NCBI GenBank assembly: GCA_964637115.1
Contig: CAZWVL010000007.1
Span: 13,041-77,040 of the forward strand
Direction: 5' to 3'
DNA length: 64,000 nt
From: an uncultured Methanosarcinales archaeon
Lineage (GTDB): Archaea > Nanobdellota > Nanobdellia > Woesearchaeales > ARS49
Translations under genes and position numbers: made by a program
The notes under the pieces: model-generated
The model's database searches: none
What the model was told of the DNA's origin: nothing
Seen by the model: only the letters and a program-made list of their open reading frames with translations
Part shown: piece after piece, positions 53,931-63,676 of the stretch
Numbering within the stretch: the stretch's first letter is position 1
Layout: every line of letters begins with the position of its first letter

Positions 53931-55037
53931 TTATCTGCACGTCTTACACTTCTTCAGCACGCGCTCCTTCGCAATCTTCTCAGCTGCAACACGCGGAATG
54001 ACCTTATCTTTCTTTGCACGTTCTAGAACCAACTGAGTATTTTTTGTGATTTTTTCTGCAACTGTCTTGAACATCTGCTTTTCAGTGCCACCTATGTATT
54101 CGATATAACTACTAATGACGCCTCCTGCATTTGCGACAAAATCAGGCACGATAAGAACACCTTTCTTTGCCAAAGCTTCCTCACACTCAACAGACATCGG
54201 AATATTGCTGCCCTCAATGATTAATTTAGCCTTAATCTTTGGCACGTCTGCTATCTTAACAAGATCGGGAATGGCCGCAGTTACCAATATGTCGCAACTA
54301 GTGTAGATAAGATCGTGGGTAGGCAGAACTGTGCCGCCATAAGCAGTAACAGTGCCCTTTGACTTCTTTACTCCGCGCAATTTCTTAGCATCAATACCTT
54401 TCGGAACAACAAGAGCGCCTTTGCTGTCTGAAATAGCGACAAGCTTGGCGCCTGCTTCTGACATGTACTTAACAACAAACTCACCGACATTGCCATAACC
54501 CTCAACAGCATACGTCGCTTTCTTAATGTCCTTGCCTTGATGCTTTAATGCAACCTTAATCGCGTGGAAAACACCCCAGCCAGTAGAACCAAGCTCGTGA
54601 GGCAAACCGCCAAGCTTTTTCGGCTTACCAGTGCTTGCTTTCATATCACCATTTGCTTTAGCAAACACTTCCATCTCGTGCTCAGTAGTATTAATGTCAG
54701 GCCCGGCACAATAATACTGAGGACAAATGCCTTTCAACAACCTTGAAAAAGCAGAAATCCATTCATCCTTCTGCTTTGAAGACATCTTATGAGGCTCACC
54801 AATAATGCCTGCCTTGGCGCCGCCAAACGGCAAGCCAGCCATAGAATTCTTCCACGTCATAGTTCTAGCAAGACGGAAAACTTCTTCCTTGCTGACAGTA
54901 GGGGTAAAGCGAATGCCGCCCTTGCCAGGACCAAGAGCAGTATTGTCAATAACGAGAACACCACGCATTCCTAACTTCGGATGATAAACCTCAATAACTC
55001 TCTCAGGACCAAAATCATCAAACAACTCTTTTTCCAT
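53931..55037 (-). CDS. Glu/Leu/Phe/Val dehydrogenase-family enzyme (short form, 368 aa)
   Basis: GPGKGGIRF, GGAKAGI, GYGNVG Rossmann. ATG at 55037 is 23 nt from gttataaa (55060-55067). Confidence 0.85.
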   Translation of the reverse strand: MEKELFDDFGPERVIEVYHPKLGMRGVLVIDNTALGPGKGGIRFTPTVSKEEVFRLARTMTWKNSMAGLPFGGAKAGIIGEPHKMSSKQKDEWISAFSRLLKGICPQYYCAGPDINTTEHEMEVFAKANGDMKASTGKPKKLGGLPHELGSTGWGVFHAIKVALKHQGKDIKKATYAVEGYGNVGEFVVKYMSEAGAKLVAISDSKGALVVPKGIDAKKLRGVKKSKGTVTAYGGTVLPTHDLIYTSCDILVTAAIPDLVKIADVPKIKAKLIIEGSNIPMSVECEEALAKKGVLIVPDFVANAGGVISSYIEYIGGTEKQMFKTVAEKITKNTQLVLERAKKDKVIPRVAAEKIAKERVLKKCKTCR

Positions 55038-55059
55038 ACACACAACCTATTTTTCAACT

Positions 55060-55067
55060 GTTATAAA
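55060..55067 (-). promoter_or_regulatory. TATA box (gttataaa) 23 nt upstream of leaderless ATG at 55037
   Basis: Fixed spacing; identical octamer at 55380-55387. Confidence 0.6.
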
Positions 55068-55075
55068 ACTTTTGC

Positions 55076-55357
55076 TCAAACCAGCTTTTCGCCAGTATCT
55101 GCATCATAAATGTGAATGACCTGCACCGGACAAACTTCAGCAGCATCCTTGTTCAAAGCAAGAACATTCTTGCCCTCTTTTGACAGCTGGCTTTCCTTAA
55201 CTATTAAAACCTGATTGCCATTCTCATCAGTCTTGCTTCCAGCAAGATCTGCCTTGCCGTCCTCATTCATAATCCAAAATTCAGGGGCAACGGCAGCACA
55301 AGCAGCAGCACCGATACAGTTCTTCCTGTCAAATACTATACGATAAGTCTTTTCCAT
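55076..55357 (-). CDS. Small mono-cluster ferredoxin
   Basis: CIGAAACAAVAP.. and ..VCPVQVI Cys ligands. ATG 23 nt from gttataaa (55380-55387). Confidence 0.65.
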   Translation of the reverse strand: MEKTYRIVFDRKNCIGAAACAAVAPEFWIMNEDGKADLAGSKTDENGNQVLIVKESQLSKEGKNVLALNKDAAEVCPVQVIHIYDADTGEKLV

Positions 55358-55379
55358 TAAGAAAACGGCTTACATCCCA

Positions 55380-55387
55380 GTTATAAA
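55380..55387 (-). promoter_or_regulatory. TATA box (gttataaa) 23 nt upstream of leaderless ATG at 55357
   Basis: Fixed spacing. Confidence 0.6.
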
Positions 55388-55389
55388 TT

Positions 55390-55806
55390 TTACGAAAATA
55401 ACTCATCAACATCAACAATCGGCTGCCTGTTCTCATAACCGGCCTCACAGTCGTGCCAGTAACGAATCTTTTCCTCACCAAGCTGCCAGCACAAGAAAGC
55501 CTCACTGCCATTCATCTTGAAAGGAAAATCAACCAAACCATCATCAATATCCTTAACGATAACACCAAACTCGTTCAAACCCTCAATAACCCTGTAAAAC
55601 TGATAGTACAACTTGTGGAACATCTTATTCGCCTTCACCTGCTCTGTAACAAAATAATGGAAACCCTCATCGCTGCTGACTTCAAGAACAACCTCATTTG
55701 TCTCCAGCAGCCAGGCAATCCTGTCACGCAAACGCTGAGCTTTCTTCATCAGCTTTTCTACCACCGGCACTGCCTTGTCCGCCTCATCAATGGTAAAGTA
55801 TCTCAC
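55390..55806 (-). CDS. DUF2203-like protein
   Basis: MRYFTIDEADKAVPVVEKLM..GVIVKDIDDGLVDFP..LCWQLGE..YWH pattern. Confidence 0.6.
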   Translation of the reverse strand: MRYFTIDEADKAVPVVEKLMKKAQRLRDRIAWLLETNEVVLEVSSDEGFHYFVTEQVKANKMFHKLYYQFYRVIEGLNEFGVIVKDIDDGLVDFPFKMNGSEAFLCWQLGEEKIRYWHDCEAGYENRQPIVDVDELFS

Positions 55807-56120
55807 GCTTCCACCGGCAAGTTTGATTCACTCCATTCGGCAATCCCGCCTTGATAATCTTTCACCTTAAAGCCCAATTTCGATAATTTCTCAGCAGCGT
55901 AACCGGACAACGGACACGCGTATCCGCCGCAATACACAACTACAAGTTTTGACTTGTCCAACTTCTTCGCCTCTTTATCAATCACATCTGTAGGTAAGCT
56001 CTTTGCCCCTTTAATATGTTTCGAAAGATAACTGGCATACTGACGTACATCAAACAAAATGAAATCCCTCTTTTCATCCAGCATCTTCTTCAATGCCTCT
56101 TTTGTTATCTTTTCATACAT
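55803..56120 (-). CDS. Single-domain rhodanese (sulfurtransferase-like)
   Basis: ..FILFDVR.., active-site loop VVYCGGYACPLS. Confidence 0.75.
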   Translation of the reverse strand: MYEKITKEALKKMLDEKRDFILFDVRQYASYLSKHIKGAKSLPTDVIDKEAKKLDKSKLVVVYCGGYACPLSGYAAEKLSKLGFKVKDYQGGIAEWSESNLPVEA

Positions 56121-57594
56121 TTTCTAACGCGTGAATCAACAACCTAACACCAAAACCGGTGCCGCCTTTACGAATGTATTCCGCATCTATTTCAGACCAG
56201 CTCACACCAGCAATATCAATATGCGCCCACGGAGTCTTGTTTACAAATGCAGCCAAGAATACGCCGCCCATAATAGCTCCAGCAGATCTTGGAATCTTCC
56301 CTACATTCAGCACATCAGCAATATCAGACTTGACCTGCTCGTGATATTCAGGATAGAACGGGAACGGCCAAAGCCTTTCCCCAGTCGCATTGCCAGACTT
56401 GATCAAATGGTCAATAAGCTTGTCATCCTTGCCCATCACGCCCGCACATACACTGCCCAAAGCAACGCGGACTGCACCTGTTAATGTTGCCAAGTCAACC
56501 ATTGCATCCGGCTTTATATTCTTCTCAGTATAAGACAAAGCATCAGACAAGATGACACGGCCTTCAGCGTCAGTGTTCTCAATCTCAATTGTCTTGCCGT
56601 TGTAGGCTGTTACAACATCACCCGGCTTGTATGCGTCCATGCCCAACATATTCTCTGTTGCGGCAAAAACTCCGACGACGTGAACTTTCAGCTTCAGCAG
56701 GGCTGCAGCCTTCACTGTTGCGAGCACAGTTGCAGCACCAGCCATGTCCTCCTTCATCGTAAGCATTGCGTCAGCAGGCTTGATATCCAAGCCTCCACTG
56801 TCAAAAGTAATTCCCTTTCCAACCAATGCGACTTTTTTCTTTCCGCCGCCGTTGTATTCCATGATAACGAATCTGGGCTCGTTAACGCTGCCCCGATTAA
56901 CGGCGAGCAGCGCAGTTAATCCGATTTTTTCAATTGCTTTTTTATCGTAAACAGTAACTTTCACGCCGAGCTTTTCCAGCCTCTTTGCTTCCCGAGCAAG
57001 ATCATCAGGCTTCATATTGCTTGCAGGCTCATTTACCAAATCTCTGACCAGATTTGCGCATTCGCCCAGAACTGTGCCCTTGTAAACATTTTCTTTGACG
57101 TCATCGCCCACCAATGTAACCTGAGAAATCTTCTTGATTTTTTCTTTGTCAACAGTCCTATACTTGATATATTGATATGCACCTAAAACGCTGCCTTCAG
57201 AAACAGCCTGCGCTCTTTCCTGACGCGTTGTCTTTGCAAGGTCAAGATTGTGCAACGTGGTAGAATATTCCGTAATACCGCAGAAGTCTCTTGCAATGCG
57301 AGCGCTCAGGCCGGCAGCACGCCTTAATATTTCCAAAGTCACTTCTTCCTTCTTGCCAAGCCCCAGAAGCAGGATGTTCTTTGCAGGAATCTTGTCCAAA
57401 GTGGAAACAAGCCTGAACTGCTGCCACTCTCCCTCAAATTCTTTTCCCTTAATTGCATGCGCTATCGCGCCGTGCAGTTTTTCATCAACTGCCTTAAGTT
57501 CTGCCGGCAGTTTTTCAGCAGGAGAAAACAAACCAACAACAATTAACTCTGTTTTGAAAGAATCAAGCTTTGCATCAACAACACGAACTTCCAT
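56113..57594 (-). CDS. pepA: Leucyl aminopeptidase (M17)
   Basis: VGKGITFDSGG, NTDAEGRV. ATG at 57594 is 23 nt from tatttata (57617-57624); the track ORF over-extends by 18 codons. Confidence 0.9.
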   Translation of the reverse strand: MEVRVVDAKLDSFKTELIVVGLFSPAEKLPAELKAVDEKLHGAIAHAIKGKEFEGEWQQFRLVSTLDKIPAKNILLLGLGKKEEVTLEILRRAAGLSARIARDFCGITEYSTTLHNLDLAKTTRQERAQAVSEGSVLGAYQYIKYRTVDKEKIKKISQVTLVGDDVKENVYKGTVLGECANLVRDLVNEPASNMKPDDLAREAKRLEKLGVKVTVYDKKAIEKIGLTALLAVNRGSVNEPRFVIMEYNGGGKKKVALVGKGITFDSGGLDIKPADAMLTMKEDMAGAATVLATVKAAALLKLKVHVVGVFAATENMLGMDAYKPGDVVTAYNGKTIEIENTDAEGRVILSDALSYTEKNIKPDAMVDLATLTGAVRVALGSVCAGVMGKDDKLIDHLIKSGNATGERLWPFPFYPEYHEQVKSDIADVLNVGKIPRSAGAIMGGVFLAAFVNKTPWAHIDIAGVSWSEIDAEYIRKGGTGFGVRLLIHALENV

Positions 57595-57616
57595 GCAAAA
57601 AGATTTTTGTTGAATG

Positions 57617-57624
57617 TATTTATA
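57617..57624 (-). promoter_or_regulatory. TATA box (tatttata) 23 nt upstream of leaderless pepA ATG
   Basis: Fixed spacing. Confidence 0.6.
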
Positions 57625-57686
57625 AGTCTTTTGTTGTATGCCGCTCATGTTTTCACAAAGAGATTAAAAACAATAGATTTATTGTA

Positions 57687-58439
57687 CTATTCCCTGTCAG
57701 CAATCCTCCATAAGTGCTCAAAATGACTACGGTATGTTTCAGCAATTCCCATGTTCTCGATCATGATTGCAGTAACGGGCGTACCCCAGGAAACAATCAC
57801 GACTTTGTTGCCGTAGATAAACGTGTTTGTTGGGTTAAACTGCTTTTCTTCTAGAAAACGATAACGAGTCGCATGTGCAACTTCTTTTCCGAACATAAAA
57901 ACGCTTTTTTTCTTGACGGTAATGACTCGTTCATGAATTTTTTTGTTTCGTAAATCCCGGAAATACTGTTTCATAAATATGGAAAGGGCTTCCTCATATT
58001 TGGCGTCATCAATTCCAGTTATGAGCACCTCTTTCTTAGCTGTTTTGATGATGTCTTTAAGAAGATATTTCAGTCCCTCTGCCCCCTTGAATACTTCTAC
58101 TCTTGTGTCTTCGCGTGGTGATAAAGTGAAGGCTTGAAGTTCAGGCAAAATTTTTTCAACTTCCTGCTCTTGTAATTCTACTTCCCTCTTTTTATCTTCT
58201 AAGTATTGCCTGATTTTTTCCGGAGAGGAGGCCTGAAAGTACTTCTTTGCACCCTTGTATACATGCGTTACGAGACCTTTGTCCATCAACTGCTCAAGCT
58301 TGTCGTACACATGCACGCGGTATATGCCTGTCTTTTGACCAATATCATATGCAGTGCTTGCCCCTATCTTGAGTAGCGCGAGATAGATTTTGATCTCATT
58401 CTCTGTGAAACCAATCTTCTTAAGAATGCTCGTGTCCAT
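57687..58439 (-). CDS. trmB: TrmB-family transcriptional regulator
   Basis: LKKIGFTENEIKIYLALLKIGASTAYDIGQKTGIYRVHVYDKLEQLMDKGLV winged helix. TATA tttataaa at 58463-58470, 24 nt upstream. Confidence 0.85.
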   Translation of the reverse strand: MDTSILKKIGFTENEIKIYLALLKIGASTAYDIGQKTGIYRVHVYDKLEQLMDKGLVTHVYKGAKKYFQASSPEKIRQYLEDKKREVELQEQEVEKILPELQAFTLSPREDTRVEVFKGAEGLKYLLKDIIKTAKKEVLITGIDDAKYEEALSIFMKQYFRDLRNKKIHERVITVKKKSVFMFGKEVAHATRYRFLEEKQFNPTNTFIYGNKVVIVSWGTPVTAIMIENMGIAETYRSHFEHLWRIADRE

Positions 58440-58542
58440 TCAACAAGTCACATTTTCCACCTTTTATAAACTTTTCGTACCAAATTAGTGCGACAAGAGT
58501 TATTATATTGCGACAATTAATTACTACTTCTAAGAGATAACT

Positions 58543-59262
58543 ATGGCAACGCAACAATATGACGGACTTATGGACCGACTGCAGACGGCTATGATGAACG
58601 ATTACGTTGCGGTCCATCAAGGCAAAAACCCACTGTCGATAACTCTCTCAAACATTTCGACAAACCAACTCGCATATCAGCTAGGGCAATACGTCCTGTT
58701 TCCTCGATACATTGTTCTGTTTCTCAGCGCAGCACAGGAAAAGGCAGAGAAGGCAGGATGGGCTGATGTCGCAAGTGAACTCGAGCGCAACATAGGCCAA
58801 GAACTCGGAAGCGAGACTAATCATAAGCCGCATTATGATTTGCTTGTCGAGGGACTCAACGAACGTCTTGGGATTGATTTGCGCAGTGTAAAACCATCAA
58901 GCGCAACAATACAATTCACCGATAACATGCTCCATGCGGCACGTTCCGAAGAGGCCGCTTATGCGCTCGGCAGCACTTATGCAACTGAATGTTCAGCAGT
59001 GCCAGAACTGAGGATTGTAGTCAGGGCAGTAAAGGAACTCTTCAAGAGAAAAGAGTCTGCGGAACTAGGCCCGGCATTGACAGTGTTTTTTAGAAAACAC
59101 CTGGGGGACTGGGAACCAAGCCACGAAGGCCTTTTGCGAGAAAGCCTAACTGATTACCTTACACCAAATCAATATGCCCTATTCGAGCAGGGATTCCGCC
59201 AAGTAATGTCAACGATGGATTATTGGTGGAAGGGGATTTACGAAGAAAGCCTCACAAAATAA
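58543..59262 (+). CDS. Hypothetical helical protein, possibly heme-oxygenase-like/iron-containing redox enzyme fold
   Basis: 239 aa, all-helical, E..H-containing segments (ELERNIGQELGSETNHKPHYDLL). Fold assignment is tentative. Confidence 0.5.
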   Translation: MATQQYDGLMDRLQTAMMNDYVAVHQGKNPLSITLSNISTNQLAYQLGQYVLFPRYIVLFLSAAQEKAEKAGWADVASELERNIGQELGSETNHKPHYDLLVEGLNERLGIDLRSVKPSSATIQFTDNMLHAARSEEAAYALGSTYATECSAVPELRIVVRAVKELFKRKESAELGPALTVFFRKHLGDWEPSHEGLLRESLTDYLTPNQYALFEQGFRQVMSTMDYWWKGIYEESLTK

Positions 59263-59291
59263 CTATCAGATAACTCCTGCTAACCAGAATC

Positions 59292-60122
59292 TCACAACTT
59301 CTGCCACGCGCGCTGCAAAAACAGCGCATCCTCTTCAATGTTCGGACTTTCAGTAATAACAACGCCCTTAATCTTGAACTCTTTCCACGCTTTCAGCATA
59401 TCTTTCCAGTTAAAATCGGAATCCTTGAAGTTCAAATGGTTCTTCTCGCCTTTTGGACCATAATTAATGCCGCAGCACTGAATGTGCATGTTGTCCAAAG
59501 CTTCCCTGCCAAGACCATTTTCTATTTGAGAAAGAATATCCCTGAACTCTTCCAAGGTGTTGTTCTTGCCATTGTATCTGGCGTGCAAATGCCCAAAATC
59601 AATGCACGGCAGAACTTGCTCGACTTCCTGTGAAAGTTTAATGCATTCCTGCAAATCACCCCACTGTGTTTCCTTACCGGTTGTCTCAGGCCTAATCCAT
59701 ATTTTAACACCTTCGTCTTGAAGTTTTTTAACAACGTCTTTCACACCATGCGTTACTATCTCGTGGACTTTTTCCTTTGGCCTGCCAAGATAATAGCCCA
59801 TATGCCACGTAATGCTGTAACCGCCGCACTCGTGCATACGCCTGGCAGCAGAAAGCATCCTGTTAATGGAAGCGTGCAATTTTTCAACTTCCAGTGCCGC
59901 TAAATTAACATAATATTGACCGTGACAAGTGAGAACAACATTCAATTCTTCAGCAACTTTCTTGATTTCAGGAGCAAGCTTTTCATTCACGTGCACGTTC
60001 TGCACAAATTCAAACTCCATTGCGTCAAGACCGAGCTTGCGAACTTGCTTGATGCCATTCATAGTATCACGAGGCTGCGTTGACATCGGAATGCCTGGAC
60101 TGCCGAAGATAAGAGATTTCAT
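59292..60122 (-). CDS. nfo: Endonuclease IV-like AP endonuclease (xylose isomerase-like TIM barrel)
   Basis: LTCHGQYYVNL, ITWHMGYY, RPETTGK, IDFGHLHAR, ITESP. Confidence 0.75.
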   Translation of the reverse strand: MKSLIFGSPGIPMSTQPRDTMNGIKQVRKLGLDAMEFEFVQNVHVNEKLAPEIKKVAEELNVVLTCHGQYYVNLAALEVEKLHASINRMLSAARRMHECGGYSITWHMGYYLGRPKEKVHEIVTHGVKDVVKKLQDEGVKIWIRPETTGKETQWGDLQECIKLSQEVEQVLPCIDFGHLHARYNGKNNTLEEFRDILSQIENGLGREALDNMHIQCCGINYGPKGEKNHLNFKDSDFNWKDMLKAWKEFKIKGVVITESPNIEEDALFLQRAWQKL

Positions 60123-60784
60123 TTTTTCCTCACATCTCTAGATACTGCAATAAATGATGCGATTGCCGTCAGCAGCGCAAAATGACAGAGTATTGAGGAT
60201 GCACGAATACCGAGTGCTGGAAAGATGGCTATAACAAGAATCGTTGGCAGAGTCATGGCCAGCACTGCAATTGTCAGCCACACGCAAACCATTTTCCTGT
60301 TTTTGTCTTTTGTGCTATACAATTCGACTAACAATAAATACGTAATCAGAAAGATAAAACTAATGTAATACGCTGAATAAATAACTCCTGCTGCATTATG
60401 CGAAAAAATAGTGAGTATTGTGACAAAGATCGTTTCGCATTTTCCCTGCACGACAAACGGACGGGTGATTAATGCCACCAATGCGAACACAACAGGAAGA
60501 CCATACACCAGCTCGGAATGCACTTTTTTCCGCAAATACGCAAGCACTGCACCCAGACCTAACGCAGGCAGGAAATTATAGCCAATAAACGCGGCGGTCC
60601 CCCAGAGTTCAGCATGATTTGTCATGCACAGCATAAATTCAGAGAATTGATAGAAGCCGAGCAGGAACAAAACGCACGCGAAATAAGGAGCAAGAATGGA
60701 CTTTCTAAACTTGTATAAAACAATAACCGCCAGCACCCACTCAATAAGAGCAGTTGTCAGTGAAACGGCAGGCGTGAAACACAT
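60119..60784 (-). CDS. Polytopic membrane protein, unknown function
   Basis: 221 aa, about 7 hydrophobic segments; 4-nt overlap with nfo. Confidence 0.65.
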   Translation of the reverse strand: MCFTPAVSLTTALIEWVLAVIVLYKFRKSILAPYFACVLFLLGFYQFSEFMLCMTNHAELWGTAAFIGYNFLPALGLGAVLAYLRKKVHSELVYGLPVVFALVALITRPFVVQGKCETIFVTILTIFSHNAAGVIYSAYYISFIFLITYLLLVELYSTKDKNRKMVCVWLTIAVLAMTLPTILVIAIFPALGIRASSILCHFALLTAIASFIAVSRDVRKK

Positions 60785-60807
60785 GCATCTATCTTAAGAG
60801 AACGGTC

Positions 60808-61245
60808 TTAAATACTTTGCTTAATGGCATCAATATCATCCACGCACAGCCACGCAGCCATATTGCCAAAGCCTTTTTTGCTAATGTTAAATGGATTGGT
60901 TTTCTGAGCGTTTTTCAAGAATATCAGCATACAATAACGCTTGTTCTTGAAAAGTTCATAGAATTTGCCAATATCACTGACATTAATACCGTCAGCACCG
61001 CCATATTTGTCAAGAATTTCCTTCACTGCAGCAGGTGTAAGTTCTGAAAACTGCAAAACTTTCTCGACTTCTGTCTTTATCGTAACAGGCTCGCCAGAAT
61101 TCTTGAAAAAAACTACTTCTCCAGGCTTAATCTTATTCCAAGGAGCTGCTTTATTCTTATACCATCTTGACTCGATCTTTTTCTCGCCAGAAAGAATTTT
61201 CTTAGTAAGCTTCCACTCTTTTTTCATAATGGCAACGTGGTGCAT
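60808..61245 (-). CDS. ASCH-domain (PUA-like) protein
   Basis: ..KKEWKLTKKILSGEKKIESRW..PGEVVFFK.. Its start directly abuts the kinase stop. Confidence 0.65.
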   Translation of the reverse strand: MHHVAIMKKEWKLTKKILSGEKKIESRWYKNKAAPWNKIKPGEVVFFKNSGEPVTIKTEVEKVLQFSELTPAAVKEILDKYGGADGINVSDIGKFYELFKNKRYCMLIFLKNAQKTNPFNISKKGFGNMAAWLCVDDIDAIKQSI

Positions 61246-63654
61246 TTACTTGCCTAATTCTTCAAGTCTTTTCCTATCGTAACTCATGCGGACTTGCAAA
61301 TAAAACCTTTCATTTGGCTTATCATCCTTTTCACGGAAATGTTCAATCAATGACTTCAGGCAAGCGTACTTTTCTTTAATGTCATCCTTTCCAACACCGC
61401 GCTTCCAGATCTCGACCTGCACGTCTTCCCTGAAGAAATCAAGAGACGTCTTCAGTTCATCATATTTGGGCCCAATATTTTCACGAGGGAGATTTCCAAA
61501 TTTCTTGCTGATGTCTGCAATGTTTGTATTGAAATAATCTATACGCTCCTGTGAAAGAGAACGAATGCTTGTCTCCTCAGTTTGAGAATCATCTGTTGGC
61601 AATGCTTTTGAACGTTCTTCAATCAAGCCACCAGTACTTATTATGAGCTGCTCCAATATGCTGATATCCAGCGTTTTGGACTTCAATGCTTCCTGATATG
61701 TTGCAGCAAGTTTTCCGCATTCATCTTTCTTTCCCGAAGGGAACAACGGATTTTCAGACTGCTTCAGCATATCGCCAGACAGCTTCAACATATTGTAAAA
61801 GTCTCCTTCTTTCTCTGCATTTTTGTAAGAATTGTTGTTCTTGGTGTAAGTGATGAAGACTTTAAAACCTTCAACATATTTAGCACAATCGCCTTCTTTT
61901 GGCAGCACGGCGCCCAAAATTTTAGCATTTTCATATTGCTTTTCAGCAGCATCAACATCTTTTTCAACCAAACCAGCGCCTTCCTCAAGAATAGATTCTA
62001 TTGTATCCTCAAAGCGCTTGGTCAATGAGGTCAATTTTGTTTTTGATACATTCGGCACTTTAGCATGATCAATCTTAGTATAGAATTCTACAGCATCAGA
62101 AAGTCTTTTCTCATCCAATGCCTTATTTGCATTTACGAGCATCTCTTCATACTGCTGTTCAGTCAATCTTGATTCGAAATGATTCTTCCGCTCCTGAATA
62201 ACATTCACTCCACTGGCGGCCCACGACTTGTAATCATCAATCTCCTGCAAGGGAATAATTAACGGAATGATTACCGACTGGCCGCTACGCTGAGCTATAT
62301 CCATCTGAGCATACACGCCGCTTAAATGATCAAGCGCTTCTTTGTACAATGCTTCTCGCGAATCATCTGCACAGGGAAGCTCGTCTGCCAATGCAGTTAG
62401 CGCCAGTCCGAGGCGGTAAGTTTTCTCAAACTTTTCACTTGATTTACCGAGATCTTCTTTTATTTCCGCAACAGTCCTCTGCAGCTTCTGCACATAAGCA
62501 TCTTGCTCTCCTTTTTCTTCAGGAGTAAGTTCACGTTCCCTCACCTGGTTCTTTTTAATACGATCCTCAAGACGAGGGATAAGCATGGAGAACGATGGAC
62601 GCTCATCAAGTTTCTTTCCCCATAACACACGCGCAATGTCTTCCTCATATTTATCGTTCACGCGGCCCATTTTTTTGCGAATTCCATCAATCGATGCTTT
62701 ATCCTTTACTGGATCCAAGCCAGATGTTAAGTCCTTAAAGCCCTCATCAATTGCCTCGTTCAGCAATAACTCGTGAGTGATCTGATCATTCATACGAATG
62801 CTAATTGTTCTCAACTGCTCTTCAAGCGGCTTTAGAACGGTTGTGTGGCGCTGTTCCCTTGGCCTTGTCCTGGAATGCACGGCATAAGCAGTGCACGCCC
62901 AAGAATAGATATCAGATTTTGGGCCAACGTCCTTAGCATCGGCTGCCTGTTCAGGTGACATATAATCAGCAGTGCCGAGAACATCTCTGTTCTGAGTTAC
63001 GCTTTCTCTGGATTCATCAACAATCTTGGCAAGACCGAAATCAATCAGATAAAGGTGCAAAGGTTCTGTTTGCACGATAATATTATCTGGCTTAACGTCG
63101 CGATGCAAAATCTGCAGCTTGCCATCAGTACTGTGAGCATAATTCAAAGCTTTTGCAATCTGGAGCAAACCTTGTGCACTTTGCTCAAGACTTAAATGGA
63201 TTTTTCCAAGAGTTGGAGCTGCTTTGCCATCCTTGCCTTTGACAAATTTGTTAATAATATAGGGAGTTCCTTCGTCATTACCGGTTGCAATTATTTCAAC
63301 AATATGAGGATGGTGCAGAGCAGCTGTGGCCTTTGCGTCTTCTTCAAATCGCCTCAGTGTGCTCTCGCTTTTCATGTGCTGCAGCTGAAGAATTTTTACC
63401 ACTACTTCCTCACTGTCTAAAACGCCATGATAAACTTCGCTCATTCCTCCCCTACCAATGAACTCATCTATGTGCGCGCCGCCGACCGTATGCCCAATAA
63501 GTGAGGCCTTATGCTTGGTCGTTATAGGCTCAATATTGCTTTTCCTTCGCACATCTGTAGGAGTATCACTACTAAGAACTGTATCATCGACTCCACTCAC
63601 TTCATGGTCTGATTCCTCTGGCATATTGTCTTCTCCCAGAATTCCCCGCTTCAC
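61246..63654 (-). CDS. Eukaryotic-like Ser/Thr protein kinase with about 480-aa helical C-terminal region (GTG 63654; alternative ATG 63624)
   Basis: GRGGMSEVY, VVKIL, HRDVKPDNIIV, DFGLAK, GTADYMSPEQ. GTG is 23 nt from TATA 63677-63684. Confidence 0.85.
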   Translation of the reverse strand: MKRGILGEDNMPEESDHEVSGVDDTVLSSDTPTDVRRKSNIEPITTKHKASLIGHTVGGAHIDEFIGRGGMSEVYHGVLDSEEVVVKILQLQHMKSESTLRRFEEDAKATAALHHPHIVEIIATGNDEGTPYIINKFVKGKDGKAAPTLGKIHLSLEQSAQGLLQIAKALNYAHSTDGKLQILHRDVKPDNIIVQTEPLHLYLIDFGLAKIVDESRESVTQNRDVLGTADYMSPEQAADAKDVGPKSDIYSWACTAYAVHSRTRPREQRHTTVLKPLEEQLRTISIRMNDQITHELLLNEAIDEGFKDLTSGLDPVKDKASIDGIRKKMGRVNDKYEEDIARVLWGKKLDERPSFSMLIPRLEDRIKKNQVRERELTPEEKGEQDAYVQKLQRTVAEIKEDLGKSSEKFEKTYRLGLALTALADELPCADDSREALYKEALDHLSGVYAQMDIAQRSGQSVIIPLIIPLQEIDDYKSWAASGVNVIQERKNHFESRLTEQQYEEMLVNANKALDEKRLSDAVEFYTKIDHAKVPNVSKTKLTSLTKRFEDTIESILEEGAGLVEKDVDAAEKQYENAKILGAVLPKEGDCAKYVEGFKVFITYTKNNNSYKNAEKEGDFYNMLKLSGDMLKQSENPLFPSGKKDECGKLAATYQEALKSKTLDISILEQLIISTGGLIEERSKALPTDDSQTEETSIRSLSQERIDYFNTNIADISKKFGNLPRENIGPKYDELKTSLDFFREDVQVEIWKRGVGKDDIKEKYACLKSLIEHFREKDDKPNERFYLQVRMSYDRKRLEELGK

Positions 63655-63676
63655 TCTATAGTGACAAAGTTTGACC

